NCBI GenBank assembly: GCA_964542455.1
Contig: CAZIUC010000002.1
Location: 212,333-252,332, forward strand
Length of the DNA: 40,000 bases
Direction: 5' to 3'
Origin: an uncultured Thiobacillus sp.
GTDB taxonomy: Bacteria; Pseudomonadota; Gammaproteobacteria; Burkholderiales; Thiobacillaceae
The position numbers were made by a program, and so were the translations under genes. Under the pieces are notes generated by a model. It saw nothing but the letters and a program-made list of their open reading frames with translations, made no database searches and had not been told where the DNA came from. Positions within the stretch are counted from its first letter, which is position 1, and the number at the start of each line of letters is the position of its first letter. Shown one piece after another: positions 34,864 through 40,000 of the stretch.

Positions 34864-34936
34864 ACACATATGCACAGTTTTATACACCATATGAATTGAT
34901 TAACAGCAATACTCTGTATATATTTATGTGCATATG
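34864..34936. promoter_or_regulatory. AT-rich promoter region of hipA with CATATGCACA inverted repeats
   Basis: catatgcaca (34867-34876) and its reverse complement tgtgcatatg (34927-34936). The second overlaps the hipA start. A third CATATG lies at 34888-34893. Confidence 0.4.
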
Positions 34937-36223
34937 ACTGAAGAATGCACAATCCAACTCTACGCGTCAGACCGCTGGCACGACGTTGCCAATACCACGC
35001 TGTTCGGGCAGGCGGAATTGGGCTGGCGCACGCCGACTTATACGGGCTACGCCACGGAATGGGCACTGGAGCACGCGGGCGCTCGGGACGCCTGGGCACT
35101 GGGCAGCCAATTCCCGGTATCTCTGGTGCCACTGAAATTCGGCCATTGGCCAGTCTTCCTCATCGACATGCTGCCTCAGGGCTATGGCCGTGGCGAACTG
35201 CTCCGGCAACTGGGGCTGCCGGAAACCATGGAGGCCACGGCGGATTGGCTCTTGCTGCTTGCGGGCGCGGGCAACCCCATCGGCAATCTGCGGGTGAAGG
35301 AAGCCGCGCAATGGGTGGCGGAACGCAGCGGCCCCGTCCGGGGCTTCAGCGACGAGGAAGTGGCCGCGCGCTCGGAAGACTTCATGCACTACCTCAGCCT
35401 GCATGGCCTGTTCGTGGCGGGTTCCAGCGGCGTGCAAGGCGAATGGCCAAAAGTGCTGCTGACGCGGGCCAGGGACGGTTTGCTCTATCTCGACCACACC
35501 CTCCCGGACGATGAAGGGGTGGAGCACTTCATCGTCAAATTCGGCCGGGGCGCCAATGAACGACTGGCCGCGATTCTTCGGCATGAAGCCCCCTACATGA
35601 CCATTGCCAAACACTTGGGACTGCGTGTGCACGCGCCCCTGACCTTGCGTGAGCAGGCCTTGTTCATCCCGCGTTTTGATCGTGTGCAAGTCGCTGGCCG
35701 GCTTGTTCGGCTTGGCCAGGAGAGCCTGGCGGCGCTGACCGGACGCGCCGGATTTGGTGTTGCCCCCAGCCATGACGAGGCCTGTGTGAAGCTCGCTCGC
35801 ACATGCGGCCACCCGGCGCGGGAGGTGCTTGAATACCTGCGCCGGGATGTTGCCAACCTCGCCTTGGGCAACAAAGACAATCACGCCGGAAACACCGCCA
35901 TACAACGGGATTTCGATGGCGCCATCCAGTTGACCCCGGTGTTTGATTTCGCGCCCATGTACCTGCATCCGGACGGCATCGCGAGGCGTATCCGCTGGCA
36001 AGGCAAGGAGCAAGAAACCCCTGACTGGAACGCCATTCTGGAGGAGGTATGCGAAGCCTGTGATCTACCAAAGGAACCCCTCGTGGCGGGACTGCGGGCC
36101 ATGGTTCAGCCACTACTGGACGTCGCGCGCGAAGCTGACGCGTTCGGACTGGAGCCGGAGGTCCAGGAATACCTGCTTCCCGGCATCCATGCCCAGGCGC
36201 GCGCGCTGGAACTGCTGCACTGA
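34928..36223 (+). CDS. hipA: HipA-family serine/threonine kinase toxin
   Basis: 431 aa. HipA_C catalytic region LALGNKDNHAGNTAI...LTPVFDFAPMY, compared with E. coli HipA DGHAKN ... LTPFYD. N-terminal coupling-domain-like region. Start is GTG 34928 or ATG 34934. Confidence 0.8.
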   Translation: MHMTEECTIQLYASDRWHDVANTTLFGQAELGWRTPTYTGYATEWALEHAGARDAWALGSQFPVSLVPLKFGHWPVFLIDMLPQGYGRGELLRQLGLPETMEATADWLLLLAGAGNPIGNLRVKEAAQWVAERSGPVRGFSDEEVAARSEDFMHYLSLHGLFVAGSSGVQGEWPKVLLTRARDGLLYLDHTLPDDEGVEHFIVKFGRGANERLAAILRHEAPYMTIAKHLGLRVHAPLTLREQALFIPRFDRVQVAGRLVRLGQESLAALTGRAGFGVAPSHDEACVKLARTCGHPAREVLEYLRRDVANLALGNKDNHAGNTAIQRDFDGAIQLTPVFDFAPMYLHPDGIARRIRWQGKEQETPDWNAILEEVCEACDLPKEPLVAGLRAMVQPLLDVAREADAFGLEPEVQEYLLPGIHAQARALELLH

Positions 36224-36232
36224 GGAGGCGAC

Positions 36233-36520
36233 ATGGACAAACGCTACAAACCGATTTCGCTTTCCCAGCAAATGCAACTGCGCCAGCAGGCCATAGCCGA
36301 CCTGCTGGCGCACCAGGAATGGTCATTGCGGGAATCGGTATGCCATCTCAAGAAAAGCCTGCGGCTGACCACGGCGGACCTGGCCAAGCTGGCCGGCGTG
36401 TCTTACCGCACCGTGCAGGACATCGAACTAGGCCGCAGCCCAGGCACCGTTCAGACAATGGACCGCATCCTCGGCGTGCTTGGGCTGCGCTTGGGCGTGG
36501 TCATGGCGCAAGAGGAATGA
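36233..36520 (+). CDS. XRE-family HTH protein (HipB-like antitoxin candidate) encoded downstream of hipA
   Basis: LRLTTADLAKLAGVSYRTVQDIELGRSPGTVQTMDRILGVLGLRLGV is a Cro/C1-type HTH with a HipB-like C-terminus. GGAGG RBS; starts 9 nt after the hipA stop. Confidence 0.75.
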   Translation: MDKRYKPISLSQQMQLRQQAIADLLAHQEWSLRESVCHLKKSLRLTTADLAKLAGVSYRTVQDIELGRSPGTVQTMDRILGVLGLRLGVVMAQEE

Positions 36521-36690
36521 ATCGGTGGAAGCCAGCGTCAGCAATTGACGCGCTGGCTCAACGCCCTGGTTGATGGCGGGGAACGTAAGGGAATAACGAC
36601 GTCACCACGGTTTGGAACTATCCATCCGTGCTTCCAACATCGGTGTCGGGTACTAGGCCAAATTTGACTCTTGGCTATGACATCGACAAC

Positions 36691-37809
36691 TTAGCGAAGC
36701 TTACCTTGCGCGTACAAACGCTCGAACTCCCGCCTCGCTCGTATGTGTTTGTTGCCGCACTCGACCATGTTGCGGTCAGTCAGGATTTCGCATTCTGGTG
36801 GTGGCGAATACCAGCGTCCCCACCGCTCCTCCTTATCTTTGGCCGAGTCACGCGAGACAGCGGACGCATCACTTCGGACAGGCACCAATGATGCGTTCGA
36901 ACGTGGTTCCGGACGTTCCGCAGTGGCGGAATCCATGCCTCTCTCAGGGATGTCCATGTTCGCTGTAACTTGATGGCGAGTGACCATGTTGGTGACCAGG
37001 TCCCCCATTTCTTTGATAAAACTGTTTGCGGCGAAGAGCAACACCACAACCAGAACGACTCCTGCTGCGAGGTTCTTCTTAAGTCGATCGCCAGGGTGGC
37101 GTTGTTTCTTGGCCGGTAAACTGAATCCGTGTCGCGCCGCAGAGCGATCACGTACTGCGACCGGCAAACGTGGGCGGTGAGTCGCGGCCCCTTTTCCCTT
37201 CTTCCCTTGAAGCCCCATGCCGCTGATAGTTGCGTTGATCGTTTCCTTGTTGGCATGTCGTTGACGCAATGATTCCAAATGGATTCGGTCTGTTTCATCG
37301 CTACGCTCCAGCATCGATGACTTCAATTTCTCAGCCAGCGTGGAGGCCTCGATCTCGGAAAACAGAGCAATCTTCTTGCTGCGAATGTAGTCGGCGTAGC
37401 CGGTGTTCAGAACGTTGGCCGGCATGGGGGTCTTGAACTCCGAGTCACCACAGAACGCGATGACCGAATGGAACAGGTACTCCTCCACGCTTAGCAACTC
37501 AGACAGAGACTTGATGTGCCGAACGTTCTGCCTGATAGGGTTCTGGAATTTGTCTGTTCGACCATTCGCACTTCGGGTCCACTTGGGCTCACGTTCCTTG
37601 CCGAATATCCAGCCGAAGTAGTTCTTCGTCTCAACAACAAAGATGCCGTACTTGGAGATTACGACATGGTCGATTTGTGTGGTGCCATCGTCGAGCATGA
37701 CGGTGACGTTGTGCACCGCGTGATATTTGGTGCGATCGAGTGTCGCAATATCCAGTGCAACGCGAATCTCGCCTTCCACCCCCTTATTTGATGGCTGGCC
37801 CATCTTCAA
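36691..37809 (-). CDS. NERD (nuclease-related domain) protein with a central TM helix and a C-terminal extension
   Basis: GEIRVALDI...QIDHVVISKYGIFVVETKNYFGWIFG...NPIRQNVRHIKSL is the NERD pattern. Hydrophobic segment LAAGVVLVVVLLFAANSFI. Visibly lower GC than the surrounding DNA. Confidence 0.75.
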   Translation of the reverse strand: MKMGQPSNKGVEGEIRVALDIATLDRTKYHAVHNVTVMLDDGTTQIDHVVISKYGIFVVETKNYFGWIFGKEREPKWTRSANGRTDKFQNPIRQNVRHIKSLSELLSVEEYLFHSVIAFCGDSEFKTPMPANVLNTGYADYIRSKKIALFSEIEASTLAEKLKSSMLERSDETDRIHLESLRQRHANKETINATISGMGLQGKKGKGAATHRPRLPVAVRDRSAARHGFSLPAKKQRHPGDRLKKNLAAGVVLVVVLLFAANSFIKEMGDLVTNMVTRHQVTANMDIPERGMDSATAERPEPRSNASLVPVRSDASAVSRDSAKDKEERWGRWYSPPPECEILTDRNMVECGNKHIRARREFERLYAQGKLR

Positions 37810-38178
37810 TCTCCCACTATTTGTGTCTCCCGCCAGGGCGGGTCTCAGACGCCGAATTTTCTATGAATAGGGCAGTGCGAGCATATATGCACAAAGTTGA
37901 GTCAAGTTTGGCAGAGCCGCTCCCGACGGGTCGTACCATAGGCCATGAAGTGGACAATTATCAACGGCCGGTTTGGCCAAGCAAGATGAGTACGGTCACC
38001 GCATCCACCGACGAGGTTATCTTCCCCGCATCGACTTTCAGACGCCTATTAAAACCCATGCATCGCGACATATTCCCGCGCGGTGGGAATATGCCGCGGT
38101 AGGCTGTCATCGTTCGGGCGCACCGCCTCCCAGCCCAGAGACGCCAGCCAGATCGAGCGGGGAATCGGTTTCTCGCCG

Positions 38179-38349
38179 TCACGGTAATAGATCAACATTC
38201 GGCGCGAGATGCCTTGCCTGGGCGAACAGCGCAGCTTCCTTGAGGGGCCGTGGGATGGGTGAAGTGGCGATCCACTCGCCGAGATCGACCTCGAACATTT
38301 GTCCATCCGCGTAAATCAGGCGCGGCCGGTGGTCCGACTGGGGCGTCAC
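38179..38349 (-). CDS. DUF2442-like small protein (possibly degenerate)
   Basis: My own translation from GTG 38349: (M)TPQSDHRPRLIYADGQMFEVDLGEWIA...PLKEAALFAQAR...APNVDLLP. This resembles the DUF2442 pattern (L-x-L-x-F-x-DG-x4-VDL ... F-x2-V ... WPNG-x-D). There is no clear RBS, and the C-terminus looks shortened. Confidence 0.35.
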   Translation of the reverse strand: MTPQSDHRPRLIYADGQMFEVDLGEWIATSPIPRPLKEAALFAQARHLAPNVDLLP

Positions 38350-38354
38350 GGCGG

Positions 38355-38597
38355 TCAGTTGAAAATGCTCTTTGCGCTTTGTTGCAGTTCCTCGAATTTC
38401 TCAGCCAGCATGGTTTGGTTGGTCCTGGCCCAGGCCAGTACATCGGTAATCTCGCGCGCGGCCACTTTGCCATGCAGGATTTCCAGCGTGGCGATGGCAA
38501 CCCAAGCTTCACGTCCATCGTTGAGCACGACATGAAAGTGTGGAGGAGCGTGGTCTTGTGGGTTGATCCGAGATCATTCATTAGCCGAAGAAGGCAT
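38355..38597 (-). pseudogene. DUF4160-like gene, disrupted at the 5' end (in-frame TGA at 38574-38576, next to REP copy C)
   Basis: My own translation: SRINPQDHAPPHFHVVLNDGREAWVAIATLEILHGKVAAREITDVLAWARTNQTMLAEKFEEL carries the DH-x-PPHFH hallmark. The only in-frame ATG (38595-38597) lies inside the REP arm and is followed by 6 codons and then TGA. Confidence 0.45.
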
Positions 38598-38670
38598 GTA
38601 GCGCAGGCGTCCCGCCTGCTTTGTCCTTCTGATCAGGCCCACGAAGCAAACGGGACGCCTGCGCTACATA
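38594..38670. repeat. REP-like palindrome, copy C
   Basis: gcatgtagcgcaggcgtcccgcctgctt-tgtccttctgatcaggcccacg-aagcaaacgggacgcctgcgctacat. The loop is identical to copy A. The arms carry compensating and non-compensating changes. Confidence 0.9.
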
Positions 38671-38732
38671 GGGCCGACAACCGGCCAGCCAGAACTACGG
38701 ACTTGAGGCCATCGCCATGTCCATACGATGTG

Positions 38733-39428
38733 TCACACCGCCAGCGCCATCTCCCGCCCCATTGCTTCGCTGAGCGCCGCCAGGGCGTCCGGGTCCAGCG
38801 CCTGAGTGCGGGCATGTTTGTGGCAGAGGGCGCCGCGAAAGCCGAGGTAGTCGGGGTTGATAGGCGCGAGGGTGGGGATGTCGGCCAGTTTGAGCGAGCC
38901 GGCTAGGCCGGTGAGGAGGCCGAGGTTTTTGGCTTGCGCGACGAATTCCGCCAGGCGCGGCGGCGGTTGATGCCGCAACAGACTGCCGCCGGTCTTGTTG
39001 GCGGTGTCGAGCATGACGCCGGCGAAGCCGTGCCTGGCCAGATGCGGCAGCAGTTGGAAATCGGGTTCGCGGTCGGCGAACAGCACCGCGACCAGACGAT
39101 GGCGGGCGGCGAGGGGCGCGAGCGCGGCCAGACAGGCCATCAGGCTGGCGGCGGGAAACAGGCCGATCTTGACGAAATCGACGCCGGTAGCGGCCATCTC
39201 GGCGACGGCGCGCGCGACTTCCCGCGCGGGCATGTCGGGGAAATCGCCGATGGTGGCGCTGACCGGGGCGAGTCCGTCCACGGCGGCGACGATGGCGCGC
39301 ACGATTTCATGCGGCAGCGCACCGAGGGCGCCGGCATGCGGGTTCTTGGCGTCGACGATGGCGGCACCGGCGGCCAGCACCTGACGCGCTTCGGCGGCGT
39401 CGGTGACGCTGGCGAGCCAGGCGCTCAT
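38733..39428 (-). CDS. mfnB: (5-formylfuran-3-yl)methyl phosphate synthase (MfnB / DUF556 family)
   Basis: WLASVTDAAEARQVLAAGAAIVDAKNPHAGALGAL and VDFVKIGLF blocks typical of MfnB-family aldolase-fold proteins. Confidence 0.7.
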   Translation of the reverse strand: MSAWLASVTDAAEARQVLAAGAAIVDAKNPHAGALGALPHEIVRAIVAAVDGLAPVSATIGDFPDMPAREVARAVAEMAATGVDFVKIGLFPAASLMACLAALAPLAARHRLVAVLFADREPDFQLLPHLARHGFAGVMLDTANKTGGSLLRHQPPPRLAEFVAQAKNLGLLTGLAGSLKLADIPTLAPINPDYLGFRGALCHKHARTQALDPDALAALSEAMGREMALAV

Positions 39429-40000
39429 GCCGCCCGCTCCAGGCTGGCCCGGTGCGCGGCGATTTTTTCCTTCAGCCAGCCCCAGGCTTCCAGCTCGCGC
39501 GGGCCGGCGGTCTTGTCGATGGCGATGGCGAGATAGGCCATTTCACTATCGACCTTGTCGGCCGGCAGCATGCCGAGGCGGCTGACCAGGATGCAGGCTT
39601 CGATGACGGCGGCCTGGGCGCGGTTGTGGCCGGGGAAAGGCGCGTGGTTGTAACTGGCGACTTCGCGGCAGAGGAAACGGGGCCGCACGGAGTCTTCCTC
39701 GATGCGCGCGACTTCCAGTTCGACATGGCTCAAGGCGTTGGCCAGACGGCCACAGGCGATGCGCTCGCAGGGTGTGAGCGGCCAGTCGCGGCGGCCGGTG
39801 AGGCTGCCGGCGAAGACGCGCACGTCGTCGCTGTGGCTGAGGGCGGCAACGCCGCTGGCGCGCAGGTTGTCCAGGGTGCGCGAGGGATGGAACGGCGCCA
39901 GGACGATGAATTCCCCTTCGCGCCGGAAGCCGAGCGGGGCGATGTGGGTGGCGCCGTCCTGGGTGGCGGTGGTGAGGAGGGTTTCGAAGATCTGGCTCAT
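39425..40000 (-). CDS. DUF447 family (FMN-binding split-barrel-like) protein associated with H4MPT/methanofuran genes
   Basis: MSQIFETLLTTATQDGATHIAPLGF...LAPFHPSRTLDNLRASGVAALSHSDDVRVFA matches the DUF447 pattern. The ATG coincides with the last base of the window, so the true start could lie beyond it. Confidence 0.6.
   Translation of the reverse strand: MSQIFETLLTTATQDGATHIAPLGFRREGEFIVLAPFHPSRTLDNLRASGVAALSHSDDVRVFAGSLTGRRDWPLTPCERIACGRLANALSHVELEVARIEEDSVRPRFLCREVASYNHAPFPGHNRAQAAVIEACILVSRLGMLPADKVDSEMAYLAIAIDKTAGPRELEAWGWLKEKIAAHRASLERAA

Noticed and set aside
36531-36557. Inverted repeat gccagcg-N11-cgctggc after the XRE gene, considered as a terminator
   Set aside because: The stem is only 7 bp and there is no following T-run. 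The evidence is too weak to annotate.
37740-38102. 120-aa plus-strand ORF between the NERD gene and the DUF2442-like remnant
   Set aside because: It overlaps the NERD start region. I recognise no motif and see no convincing RBS, so it is left uncalled.
38192-38581. 129-aa minus-strand ORF from the track. Related cases are 38049-38306 and the plus-strand 38250-38906.
   Set aside because: No recognisable motifs. The two other minus frames in the same DNA give DUF4160-like and DUF2442-like sequences, which explain the region better.

Overview
GC-rich proteobacterial segment with strong G/C bias at third codon positions. Its core is a tetrahydromethanopterin (H4MPT)/methanofuran-linked formaldehyde-oxidation island of the kind found in methylotrophs and methanotrophs.

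Minus strand, 21.6 kb down to 8.4 kb, all co-directional: fhcB-fhcA-fhcD-fhcC, tightly coupled to a histidine phosphatase, a dihydropteroate-synthase homologue and a PCu(A)C copper chaperone. These are followed by a TonB-dependent receptor, a BNR propeller, a TlpA-like redoxin, ExbB-ExbD-TonB and a cupin.

Plus strand, 21.9-34.7 kb: mptG, mtdB, an ATP-grasp gene, mch, a RimK/MptN-like ligase, a CitG-like gene, fae and a PTPS fusion protein. Then comes a HisA-like gene embedded antisense, followed by MfnD-like, MfnF-like, pabB and MfnE-like genes. MfnB-like and DUF447 genes sit at the right edge.

Accessory material:
- 1-4.4 kb: a PAS/GAF histidine kinase, an atypical acyl-CoA-dehydrogenase-fold protein and two small proteins behind a sigma-54-like promoter.
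- 4.8-5.9 kb: an antitoxin/PemK-like pair coupled to a decayed caspase gene.
- 5.9-8.1 kb: a TetR unit with a Cys-rich protein and a DsrE-like protein, plus OmpW.
- 34.7-38.7 kb: a palindrome-flanked island with a HipA-like kinase followed by its XRE partner, a lower-GC NERD protein and DUF4160/DUF2442 remnants.

Two repeat families stand out. One is a long REP-like palindrome in 3 copies. The other is a G/C-tract hairpin, MITE-like element that fills the only long gaps inside three otherwise tightly coupled operons.

No rRNA, tRNA or CRISPR array was seen. All family assignments come from reading motifs by eye and from gene context; no database search was run.
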